From an uncultured Clostridia bacterium (GTDB lineage Bacteria; Bacillota; Clostridia; Christensenellales; DTU072), in NCBI GenBank assembly GCA_944363505.1, contig CALVUD010000002.1:210516-274515 (forward strand): 64,000 bases of DNA, in the 5' to 3' direction. The position numbers and the translations under genes were made by a program. This document shows positions 24,846 to 33,980 of the stretch, piece after piece. The notes beneath the pieces were generated by a model. That model was not told the DNA's origin, made no database searches, and saw nothing but the letters and a program-made list of their open reading frames with translations. Position 1 is the stretch's first letter. Each line of letters opens with the position of its first letter.

Positions 24846-27356
24846 TTACTCCTTGTATTCGAATGAGGCCGTTCTGTAATACAGCCATGAAAAGAAATTT
24901 ACGGGATTTAAAAAGATTACCGCGCGTTTTACCAAAGCGCCGAGCGCGGTGCCTTTTGTGCGGATCGTGTTGACAGATCTGATTTTGAACGAACGGGGAT
25001 CGTAGAGCGTACCGGGCAGCACGAATTCCTTGGTTTGTCCGGGCAATATATCGGTAAAGTTGTCTTCGAATGGCGGCGTGTCCGAGGACGTATAAACCTC
25101 GGTAAGACGCGAATACACGTCCGAAGTTACCGCTATCACGGTTTTGCCGTCGCGTTCGGAAACGTTTAAGGAATATTTCGGCACGGGGAAACGGCAATGT
25201 CTGTCGCGGATAAGCGGCTTGGAACAAGCCGATACCTCGTCACCGTTCTCGTCCGTCAACGACACGGAATAAAACAGCTCTTTTTGGCGGCGTTTGCCGA
25301 AGTCGTACTCCGTTTCGCCGAGTTTCAATATTCCGCCCGACTCTATATCCACGGGATAAGTTTTCTCTTTCAGAATATTACCGTAAAAATCGGATATTTT
25401 CAATACCGCCTTACCTTTACGAGAGCATAGCAAATCGTTGATAACGTAAACGGCAATGCCGCGGTCGTTTTCCTCGGCGGAAACAGCGAAAGGCGCGTTG
25501 AACCGGCGCGCGGCGTACTGTAGTGCCTTGTATCTGCCGAACGAATCCACGGACGACCAGCTGGCGACGGGCCAACAGTCGTTGAATTGCCAGTACAACG
25601 CGCCCCACGTGCGTTCCGACCGCCGCCAGGCTTCGGTGGCGTCTCGTATGGATTCCGCCTGCGCAAGCTGGCTTAGATATACCGCGTCCTCGAATTTTTC
25701 GGGCAGTCTGAACAGCGAAGCCGTATAATAGACGGTTTTTTCGTTGCCCAGTGCGCATTTCTGATGCGCTTTCATCACGGGCGTATACAGACCGAGGTCC
25801 GTATCGGAAGCATAGTACTTTATCGTGCGCATATCCGGGAAAGATTCGAAACCGAACTCGGAACAAAACCTCGTCTTGCGCGTGCGATAATAGGTTATAT
25901 CCTGAAGCCCGTGCCAAACCGCCCAAAGATGCGTGTCCCCCACGTTGTCCGCCTGTACCCCTTTTAAATATTCCGCGCCTATCGGGGTACCGGGGATATA
26001 CGGGGTTATTTCGTCGTAACGTCTCAATAGCGCGGGCAAAGTCTCGTAAAAGAATTTCTTTTGCGCCTCGACGTATTTCGGGTAGATCATAAAGCTCGAA
26101 ACCAACGCCTCGATCTCGTTGTTTCCGCACCACAGCGCAAGCGACGGATGCGACTTTATACGCGTTACGTTATAGCCGACTTCCGACAGCGCGTTTGCAG
26201 TGAAAGCCTCGTCGTAAAAAGGATACGGTTTGCACGCGAATGTAAAATCCTGCCATACGAGAATGCCTTTTTCGTCGCAAAGCGAATAGAATTCCTCGGA
26301 TTCGTAATATCCGCCTCCCCAAACGCGGAGCATATTGAATCCCGCCCTGACGGCGGCGTCGATATGATATTCCAGCTTTTCGCGCGTGATGCGGTCGGGC
26401 ATTGCGTCCGCAGGGATCCAGTTCGCGCCCTTCATAAACATGGCTTTTCCGTTCAATACGAATTTGAACTCGGTTCCGTCGTTTAAACGCGAACGATCCA
26501 ATTTTATCGTTCTTATACCCGTTTTTAAAGTTCTGGAAACGGTTTCCTCTGCGGACACCAAACTGAGTTCGACCGTATAAAGCGGCTGCCGTTTTTTCCC
26601 CGAAACGTCGGCTGTCCACCAGATTTCGGGTTCATCGATTTCGAAGGTGCGCACGAGTCTGAAATCGGGCAAACCGCGTTTTTCCCACGTCTTTCCCGAG
26701 GGAGAAACGACTTTGACGACGTACTCCTCATACTCGCCGTACAATGCCGCGGAAACGGTTATTTCGCCGCGATCCCCGACAATATCCGATGTAGCCGCGA
26801 ATTCCTCGATTTTAAGCGGACCGAAATTTATATATACTTCTCCGAGGATACCCGAAACAGGAAGATCGAGACCCCAATCCCAGCCGAAATGACATTGAGG
26901 TTTCCTTATAAAAGTGACGGGAGTAATGCCCGGAAGCGATTTCGAATTGATACGTTTGCATTCGGCGTCCGCATAGGTTTTAGGGGCTGAAATAACCACT
27001 TTCAATACGTTTTTCCCGGCGGTAAGCTTGCCGGTAACATCGAATCGGTGCCTGATAAAAGCGTTCGCGCCGCCGCCTACCGACGTACCGTTCAAAAAAG
27101 CTTCAAACACCGTGTCGACACCCGTCATGACCAGTTCGGCGGGTTTTGTCAACAGCTCCTCCGCGACCTCGAACGACGTTTCCAACACGGTATCCTTTTC
27201 CCCTATCCACAGCGTTTCCTTTTCGTTCAGCCCTTTGTAAGGGTCGGGGATCAGCCCTGACTTCAGCAGCGCCGAACAGTTCGTTGTCGGGAGCCGAGTT
27301 TCGACGGAATATGCGCCGCATTCCAGTTTCCAGACACTTTCGGGATACAGTTTCAT
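24846..27356 (-). CDS. Beta-mannosidase-like glycoside hydrolase (GH2)
   Basis: 836 aa. N-terminal LIPDPY.G.NE pattern, acid/base WCGNNE, nucleophile region CSEFGFES. Confidence 0.85.
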   Translation of the reverse strand: MKLYPESVWKLECGAYSVETRLPTTNCSALLKSGLIPDPYKGLNEKETLWIGEKDTVLETSFEVAEELLTKPAELVMTGVDTVFEAFLNGTSVGGGANAFIRHRFDVTGKLTAGKNVLKVVISAPKTYADAECKRINSKSLPGITPVTFIRKPQCHFGWDWGLDLPVSGILGEVYINFGPLKIEEFAATSDIVGDRGEITVSAALYGEYEEYVVKVVSPSGKTWEKRGLPDFRLVRTFEIDEPEIWWTADVSGKKRQPLYTVELSLVSAEETVSRTLKTGIRTIKLDRSRLNDGTEFKFVLNGKAMFMKGANWIPADAMPDRITREKLEYHIDAAVRAGFNMLRVWGGGYYESEEFYSLCDEKGILVWQDFTFACKPYPFYDEAFTANALSEVGYNVTRIKSHPSLALWCGNNEIEALVSSFMIYPKYVEAQKKFFYETLPALLRRYDEITPYIPGTPIGAEYLKGVQADNVGDTHLWAVWHGLQDITYYRTRKTRFCSEFGFESFPDMRTIKYYASDTDLGLYTPVMKAHQKCALGNEKTVYYTASLFRLPEKFEDAVYLSQLAQAESIRDATEAWRRSERTWGALYWQFNDCWPVASWSSVDSFGRYKALQYAARRFNAPFAVSAEENDRGIAVYVINDLLCSRKGKAVLKISDFYGNILKEKTYPVDIESGGILKLGETEYDFGKRRQKELFYSVSLTDENGDEVSACSKPLIRDRHCRFPVPKYSLNVSERDGKTVIAVTSDVYSRLTEVYTSSDTPPFEDNFTDILPGQTKEFVLPGTLYDPRSFKIRSVNTIRTKGTALGALVKRAVIFLNPVNFFSWLYYRTASFEYKE

Positions 27357-28093
27357 TTTCGGTTCTCCTCCTTCATGTCGAGTACGGGCGTGAAGTTATC
27401 CAGGAAGATAATTATATACGCCGCCCACATCGGCAGGCTCTCGATAAACCCGTTCTTGCCGGCAGCGATCAGCGCTATGATTATCGCAAGCAGCAACCCG
27501 CAAAAGCATATCAAGGTTATTTTATATTTTTTATTGGGTTTTGCGGGAAACAAAAGATGCAAAACTATCGCCGCCGCGAAAAACACCGCGAACAACAGCG
27601 CCGTCGACCAATGGGCGTACATCTGAAGCCCCGGAACCCTGGTGGACGGAATGTGTACGCACGTCATCAGGCACAACACCCCCAACGCCATACAGACATA
27701 GCCCGCCAACTGCGCCTTCCCGTTGCCGAGCGGTTTACGGGTATAGGTATATATCAGATTTACGGTCAGCGCAAGCGAAGTGGTGAATCCCCAGAACTTG
27801 AACGCCGTCGGATACTTCAAACCTATTTCGGACGCCGTTCCCGACTCCAAAAACGGATTGCTCAAAAATCCGTATGCCGTGAAGTATACGAAACTGATTA
27901 TCAATAACGCCATCGCCGAAATACGGAAAATCTTTTCTTTTAATTCTTTTTTATCCGTTTTGTCCGCAAGGGCTTTCTCGGTCATACTGTCCGCGGTATC
28001 CGTTGTCGCACCCGCAACAAGGGCGTTTTCCGGTTCTTCCGGCTTTTCGCCTTCATTTTTTTCGGGCTGAATCTTCAGATCGTCTTTGTCCAT
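27353..28093 (-). CDS. Hypothetical polytopic membrane protein
   Basis: Start set at MDKDDLK (ATG 28093, GGAGGAG RBS). Acidic N-terminal tail then about 6 TM helices. ATGA-type overlap with the GH2 gene. Confidence 0.55.
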   Translation of the reverse strand: MDKDDLKIQPEKNEGEKPEEPENALVAGATTDTADSMTEKALADKTDKKELKEKIFRISAMALLIISFVYFTAYGFLSNPFLESGTASEIGLKYPTAFKFWGFTTSLALTVNLIYTYTRKPLGNGKAQLAGYVCMALGVLCLMTCVHIPSTRVPGLQMYAHWSTALLFAVFFAAAIVLHLLFPAKPNKKYKITLICFCGLLLAIIIALIAAGKNGFIESLPMWAAYIIIFLDNFTPVLDMKEENRK

Positions 28094-28118
28094 ATCCTCT
28101 CCTCCGTACAATACGGCT

Positions 28119-28628
28119 TCAGCGGTTTTTGTATTTATCGAGTATAAATTTCAGCTTTTCGAGATTTGCTTCGTCGAAATCCAGCTTTACCGTGGCGGCG
28201 CCCATGGTGTCGAAGCCCTTGTCGTTGCCAAAAAACAATATGGTGGTACCTTCGATCCTGAAGTCGTACAGCCGCGCCCATTCGATGAATCTGTAAGGCA
28301 CCACGACCCCGGAATCGAGTACCGCGCACTTGGTTACGATCATCATCGCGAGTATCGAGGCAAGCATACCGATTATCACCAGCACCGACAGCGTCAGCAG
28401 CCAATCGCCCGGAATCAGCGCCATATAAACAATGTCCCCTATCAGACACAGGGCGAGAATACATAGCGCGAATATCGGCCACTTGGAACGCTTATATAGC
28501 GGTATCAGAACTATCGCGCGTTTATAGCGGCGGTTCAACGCGATCAGCTTTTTCAATACGACCGCACCCCAAGCCACGGATAGCGCGGCAAGCAATACGA
28601 AAAATATGTCTATTATCAGATCTATCAT
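28119..28628 (-). CDS. Hypothetical membrane protein (3-4 TM plus small soluble C-terminal domain)
   Basis: 169-aa ORF, hydrophobic N-terminal half. 4-nt overlap with the upstream PII-like gene. Confidence 0.55.
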   Translation of the reverse strand: MIDLIIDIFFVLLAALSVAWGAVVLKKLIALNRRYKRAIVLIPLYKRSKWPIFALCILALCLIGDIVYMALIPGDWLLTLSVLVIIGMLASILAMMIVTKCAVLDSGVVVPYRFIEWARLYDFRIEGTTILFFGNDKGFDTMGAATVKLDFDEANLEKLKFILDKYKNR

Positions 28629-29041
28629 ACGCGCTCCTTTTCCTCGGAAAGTTTTTTTGCGGCGTCAAAATCTTTTTCGGCATCCTTCGACGCGCCTGTT
28701 TCGGTCGGGGCGCCGCCGTCGCCCGATTCGTTTATTCCGAACGCCACGCCCATTACCGAATCCACGTTCAGCGCAAAACAAAGTCCCGCGCCCAACGTGT
28801 TAAGTCCCGCTTTTTTTATTATGGATTTCATTATGCTTTCGGCGCCGCGCTCCGGAGTCAGGATCAATACCGTTTCCTTTTCGGGGGATACCGCTATGCC
28901 GAACAGTTTTTCGGCTTCGTGCGCGCCCGCGCCGCTGGAATGGATTATCGTTCCGCCCGTAGCTCCCGCTTCGCGCGCCGCGTCCATGACGAGCGTGGAA
29001 AATCCGCTGTTTACGATGGTTATTATCAGTTTGAAATTCAT
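28625..29041 (-). CDS. PII-like (P-II family) small signalling protein
   Basis: Start at MNFKLIITIVNSGF (ATG 29041, GGAGGAG RBS). The LIITIV..G....VMDAAREAGA.GGTI pattern is typical of the PII-like proteins found next to DUF1538 genes. Confidence 0.65.
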   Translation of the reverse strand: MNFKLIITIVNSGFSTLVMDAAREAGATGGTIIHSSGAGAHEAEKLFGIAVSPEKETVLILTPERGAESIMKSIIKKAGLNTLGAGLCFALNVDSVMGVAFGINESGDGGAPTETGASKDAEKDFDAAKKLSEEKERV

Positions 29042-29385
29042 TTCGTCTCCTCCTCGGCGCATTCCCCCGCCAGAATCCTCAGCGTGGCGGGTCCCGCCAC
29101 CGCTTTTACGGGTACGGTAAAAGCCACACCGGCGCCGCGTTTTACTCCGAATTCGAATTTGTCTTTCAGACATCTTTCGACGCCTTCCATATATCTTTCC
29201 TCTATAGTGGCTGTTATGACGCTTTTTGAGCTTTCGCCCGTACCTAATATATCGCCGAGCGCCGTCGGCGCCGTACCCGTTCCGGGTATAACGTTCAATG
29301 CGTTCGCGCCGCACTCTATCAGCGCTTCCGTAACCTTTCGCGTCTTAATTTTGTCGACAATTACGAATAAATACTTGAGTCGCAT
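29038..29385 (-). CDS. PII-like small protein (second, divergent copy)
   Basis: 115 aa, YLFVIVDK.....VTEALIE.GA pattern. 4-nt overlap downstream and a 1-nt gap upstream. Confidence 0.6.
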   Translation of the reverse strand: MRLKYLFVIVDKIKTRKVTEALIECGANALNVIPGTGTAPTALGDILGTGESSKSVITATIEERYMEGVERCLKDKFEFGVKRGAGVAFTVPVKAVAGPATLRILAGECAEEETK

Positions 29386-29386
29386 T

Positions 29387-30907
29387 TCAGTCCTCCAGTA
29401 TTATTATCTCGCCTTCGCGCTCGATAAGCGCACGGTATTTCGCTTCGCGCGCGCTCTTTGCGGCGATATGCTTCTTGATCTTAAACGTGAATCCCATGAC
29501 CTGAACGGCAAGCAGCGGCGTCATGGCTACGAATGCCACGGTACCGAAAGCGTCCGTTATTATATTGCCTCCTACGGCTTCCGACGCTCCCATTGCAAGC
29601 GGCAACAAAAACGCCGCGGTCATCGGTCCCGACGCCACGCCGCCCGAGTCGAAAGCTATCGCCGTAAATATCTTGGGTACGAAGAACGACAGTCCCAAAG
29701 CGATTGCGTATACGGGCGCAAGCATCCACCATATCGATATTCCCGTTACCACCCTTATCATGCTCATCGCCACGGCGAAAGCCATCGAAACGGACAGAAC
29801 CGTCAGCATGCTTTTGCGGCTTACGGCACCGCCCGTAACGGATTCGATCTGTTTGTTCAGGACGTGGACGGCGGGTTCCGCCAAGACCAGTACGGAACCG
29901 ATCAGAGCGCCCACGGGGATCAGTAGCCATTTCAGTTCGCCGCCGAACAATCCGCCGATATACGTTCCCGCCGGCATAAACCCTACGTTTGCGCCCATCA
30001 AAAACAACGTCAGTCCGATATAGGTATATATCGCGCCTATGCCTATGCGGAGCAATCTCTTTACCGGGAATTTTATCAGGGCAAACTGGAAAATTATAAA
30101 GAACGCATATATCGGGAGTAACGCTATTCCGACCTCTTTAAGGTACACGGGCGTCTGTTCGGCAAAATGCGCGAAGACCTCGCCTATCGAGGAATACGTA
30201 CTTATTTGCTCGACGCCCGCTTCCGCATCCGCGTTGAACGCCAGTCCCAATATCAGGACTGCGATTATCGGACCGATAGAGCAAATTCCCACCATACCGA
30301 ACGAATCTTCCTGCGACTTGCTGCCTCCCATAACCGTTGAAACGCCCGCACCGAGCGCCAGAATAAACGGAACGGTTATCGGACCGGTGGTAACGCCGCC
30401 CGAGTCGAACGCGAGAGGAACGTAATCCGCGTCCGAAAACGCCGCAAGCAGGAATACCGCGCCGTAGCACGCTATTAAAAAAGCGTTAAGCCTGATCTTA
30501 AGCAACAGCCTGAGTACCGACGCCAGCATAAAAATACCCACTCCCGCCGCAACGCTCCATATCAAAACAGGGTTCGGAATCGAGCTGATTTGCGTGGCGA
30601 GCACAGTGAGATCGGGTTCTGCGACCGTAATTATGACGCCGACGACCAGACACACGCCCAGAATCAGCGGAATTTTCTTTGTGGCGGTTACCTTGGCGCC
30701 GATGTGTTCGCCTATCGGTTCGAGCGAGATCGTACTGCCGAGAGAGTATAACGCTTCGCCCGCGATTAGACAGATGAACCCTATTAAGAATGCCGCAAGA
30801 TTCAATGCGGGCATGGTGCCCATCGCAAAGTTCAATACGATCACCAGCACGGTGATCGGCAAAACCGCAATCGACGCCTCCAAGAGTTTACGAGCAAAAG
30901 TTTTCAT
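29387..30907 (-). CDS. DUF1538-type polytopic membrane protein (putative permease, internally duplicated)
   Basis: 506 aa, more than 10 TM helices. Both halves carry the box FDSGGV(T/A)(T/S)GP(I/M)T. Confidence 0.7.
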   Translation of the reverse strand: MKTFARKLLEASIAVLPITVLVIVLNFAMGTMPALNLAAFLIGFICLIAGEALYSLGSTISLEPIGEHIGAKVTATKKIPLILGVCLVVGVIITVAEPDLTVLATQISSIPNPVLIWSVAAGVGIFMLASVLRLLLKIRLNAFLIACYGAVFLLAAFSDADYVPLAFDSGGVTTGPITVPFILALGAGVSTVMGGSKSQEDSFGMVGICSIGPIIAVLILGLAFNADAEAGVEQISTYSSIGEVFAHFAEQTPVYLKEVGIALLPIYAFFIIFQFALIKFPVKRLLRIGIGAIYTYIGLTLFLMGANVGFMPAGTYIGGLFGGELKWLLIPVGALIGSVLVLAEPAVHVLNKQIESVTGGAVSRKSMLTVLSVSMAFAVAMSMIRVVTGISIWWMLAPVYAIALGLSFFVPKIFTAIAFDSGGVASGPMTAAFLLPLAMGASEAVGGNIITDAFGTVAFVAMTPLLAVQVMGFTFKIKKHIAAKSAREAKYRALIEREGEIIILED

Positions 30908-30962
30908 CGAGCGAAACGACTCCCGCTAATATTACTTCGCCGCATACGCGGCATATTACTGT

Positions 30963-33900
30963 TTATTCAGAATCCGCCGAACCGAAATATTCTGCAACGG
31001 AATCGAATATGTCTTCGGTCAGCGATCTTTCCCCCGCAATATACTTCGCCTTTTCGGGCAAGGCAAAAAATCCCAACACCCTGCCGTCCGGAGAAGACAG
31101 CGCCGCTACCGCAAAGTCGGAAGCGTCGGGATTGAACGGATACGCCGAAGTCGGCATACCTACGGGATCGACGAACTGCGCGGCGACCTGTCCCGAAGAA
31201 GTCAACTCTTTGAATATCTCTGGCTGTATTCTGAGACGCATGTCTTTTCCCGCGGCTGCCGCAAAGTACGAATAACCCAGACCGGTTTTGGTCAGCATAG
31301 GCGAAAACCGGTTGGCTATCCTGATCCTCGGGATCTTTGCGGAAGGAGCGTGGTCGGGAGCGGCTTCCAGCCTGAGTCCCGCATCGTGGGCGTGTTCTGT
31401 ACTGCCTTTCGACAACAAGCCTATATGCGCAAGCGCGCGACTGCCTTCACCCGTGGCAAGGATCAGTCCGTCGTTACGGTATATCAGTTCGTTCATCGCG
31501 TCGCTTACCACCGGCTTCATCAAGAGTTTATAAAACTTACCGCCGTCCGCATAGTCGCCGTAGGCGCTTTTCCCGACCAGCGCGAGCATGTCCGAAGAAG
31601 CTATTTTCTCGCGGACCGTTCTCAACAATTGCTGATCCTCTTCCGTATATTTACCGACATATACCGATTCTATTTTGAAATTTCTTCTTCCCGCCGATTC
31701 CGCGACTGCACCCTCCGAGGCATAATCGCAATGCACTATTGTCAGTATCGGCATACGCACCTTGCCCGAACGCAACGGAGACCCCTTTTGCGACACGGGG
31801 GCGACGGGATAACGCTGGTCCGGGCGATTCTCGAAAGGATATCTGCTGACCAGCCTGTCCAGTTCGGAATGGGTTATGTTGAAAGCGGTACTTCTGATCC
31901 TGCCGGTATCGTCCACCACGCCTATGTATTCGGGATCGAAAGCGGAAAACTCCTCCGCGTCCTCGACCGCAATCAGCATTTCCGAACGGTTGATCCCGCT
32001 TTCCGGCGGTTTGGAAGAAAACGAAAATCCCAGCCTTTCTCCCGACGTGCCTTCCACCACGGTTTTTGCCACACCGTTTTCTATCAGGCGCGCCGCAATC
32101 AAATTGCCTTTGGTGACGTTAATGCTTATCTGAGCAGCCAGTTTTAACACAAACTTAAAGTCAGGGATACCGTACTCGTCTCTCGGGATAACTATTTTAT
32201 AAATTTTATTGCCGTTGCGGAACAACCCGTTCTTAAGCGAATCCGTCGTCGTAATCCCCGTTGCCGCCATGAACAAAGACGGTATGCCCCCGTGCGTTTC
32301 CCCTTTCCCGACAGAGTAGCCGAGCGAACACAGCGAAAGCGCGTTTTCCAAATAGAACACGCCCAGCGCCAGTTCCAACAACATGCCTTTGGAACGGTCG
32401 GTATCGGGCACGAGATAGGTCGGATTCAACACTATATCGTAGATCGACACTCCCGACACGACGAGTTTCAGAACGGCGTTCAGCGCCGTATTGACGGCTT
32501 TCGTAAACAGGTCTCCTCCCGTAGCAGGCGAGGAAAGCGCCGCGGTATTGACGGCGTTGCCGTATCCGCTGAAATCGGGCTTCACCGCCGCGACGAAATT
32601 GGGCGTGGTCTGAGCGGAACCGGACATCTGCCCGGCAACGGATCTGCCGCCGCCGAGAGCGTTCAACACAATGCCCTCCGAAACGTTCATCACGGAGTTT
32701 TTTATATCCTCCGCACTTTCTGAAGCACGGTCGAGGAAAGGCTCGGGCACCGATTCCAGAACGTATCGCGAAAACGAATGTCTGCGGCGCAATAATACGT
32801 TCATGCTCAGATTAATCAGTTCGGTACCCTTGGAAATCAGCCTGAATTTGTGTCTGGCGTTAAACTTTCCGAGCAGCCTAAGCTCGAAAGAGTATTTTTC
32901 GGCTGCCGCTTTCACGGGTGCGAGTTTGCCGCGCTTGATCACTATAACTATGCGGTTCAGACTCTTTTCGAGGATCAGTTCCTCGCCGGGCATCCCGAAT
33001 TCGGAAGCCTCCCCCAACTCTATATCGAAACCCGAACCCAGCGCTATAATGCCGTTCAACAAGCCGTTGTCGCAGTACACGCCGCGTTGGATCAGATCGC
33101 CCACGTTGATCTCCCGCAAAAACGCGTTAAGCTTTAAAATGCCGTCGCGCTCCGTGTCGCGCGTTTCGAAATACGCGATAATGTCGCCCGGCTCGGGATT
33201 GCCCGAACCTATCTGCGGAAACGTGGAAAAACCCAGTACCGTGGCTTTCGTCAGCGGTTTTTCGACGCCTACGCAGGACGAACCGAAATCGTATGCGGCG
33301 GCGTCCAACGAATCCGCGTACCTGGCAAACGCAACAGTTCTTTCGGGGGTATTCCCACCGGGTTCTTCGTGAATGAAAAGTTTGGGAATGGCTCCGGCCA
33401 CGCTGCATTCCATTGTCGCGCGTCTTTCCGCACGCAAAAAGTCGTCGTCCCACTTCGTCATCAGATAAGAAAAATACCTGACGCGACGGTTTTTGTCGTA
33501 TATCGCGCACTCTTCGGATACCCTCCCCGCATTCATAAGTACGGAATCGCGGTTATCTGCCGCCACGGCTTTCACGTTCACTATCTGAATGTCGGCAAGC
33601 GTCCTGTAAGCGCCGGGGGTGAATCTGCGATGCAGTTCCTCGTATTTCGTGAGCGCCTTACGGATATGCGGGTTTTCCGAAATAACGTTGATCTCCCCTA
33701 TTTCGCGCGTGAAATGCGAACGCGGCAAGCTCCAGTACGCGTCCAGAATTTTCAACGCAAGCACGGTGGGCACGTTTTTACGCAAAGCTTTGCCGAGTTT
33801 AAAAAGATCTTCCACGCTCATGCTTAAATCCAGTCCGCGCTTCAATGCCGTCAGCGTTTTGGCGTCGAAAGAGGAAAATCCGTTGATTTTTCTGTGTAAT

Positions 33901-33977
33901 TGAAAATCCGAAAAGTCCGACGACACGGACTTTTCTTTCAGTGCGTTTTTTATATTCTTTCCCGACAATGCGTTCAT
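30963..33977 (-). CDS. FGAM synthase (PurL-type) paralog, probably non-catalytic
   Basis: 1004 aa, colinear with single-chain FGAM synthases (PurM-like repeats plus a C-terminal glutaminase-like part). The catalytic boxes I can place are all substituted (see findings). Confidence 0.7.
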   Translation of the reverse strand: MNALSGKNIKNALKEKSVSSDFSDFQLHRKINGFSSFDAKTLTALKRGLDLSMSVEDLFKLGKALRKNVPTVLALKILDAYWSLPRSHFTREIGEINVISENPHIRKALTKYEELHRRFTPGAYRTLADIQIVNVKAVAADNRDSVLMNAGRVSEECAIYDKNRRVRYFSYLMTKWDDDFLRAERRATMECSVAGAIPKLFIHEEPGGNTPERTVAFARYADSLDAAAYDFGSSCVGVEKPLTKATVLGFSTFPQIGSGNPEPGDIIAYFETRDTERDGILKLNAFLREINVGDLIQRGVYCDNGLLNGIIALGSGFDIELGEASEFGMPGEELILEKSLNRIVIVIKRGKLAPVKAAAEKYSFELRLLGKFNARHKFRLISKGTELINLSMNVLLRRRHSFSRYVLESVPEPFLDRASESAEDIKNSVMNVSEGIVLNALGGGRSVAGQMSGSAQTTPNFVAAVKPDFSGYGNAVNTAALSSPATGGDLFTKAVNTALNAVLKLVVSGVSIYDIVLNPTYLVPDTDRSKGMLLELALGVFYLENALSLCSLGYSVGKGETHGGIPSLFMAATGITTTDSLKNGLFRNGNKIYKIVIPRDEYGIPDFKFVLKLAAQISINVTKGNLIAARLIENGVAKTVVEGTSGERLGFSFSSKPPESGINRSEMLIAVEDAEEFSAFDPEYIGVVDDTGRIRSTAFNITHSELDRLVSRYPFENRPDQRYPVAPVSQKGSPLRSGKVRMPILTIVHCDYASEGAVAESAGRRNFKIESVYVGKYTEEDQQLLRTVREKIASSDMLALVGKSAYGDYADGGKFYKLLMKPVVSDAMNELIYRNDGLILATGEGSRALAHIGLLSKGSTEHAHDAGLRLEAAPDHAPSAKIPRIRIANRFSPMLTKTGLGYSYFAAAAGKDMRLRIQPEIFKELTSSGQVAAQFVDPVGMPTSAYPFNPDASDFAVAALSSPDGRVLGFFALPEKAKYIAGERSLTEDIFDSVAEYFGSADSE

Positions 33978-33980
33978 GGG

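Noticed and set aside
29042-29314. Arg-rich 91-aa N-terminal extension of the track ORF 28625-29314.
   Set aside because: It overlaps the upstream PII-like gene in another frame. A strong GGAGGAG RBS precedes the internal ATG at 29041, which begins a complete PII-like protein.
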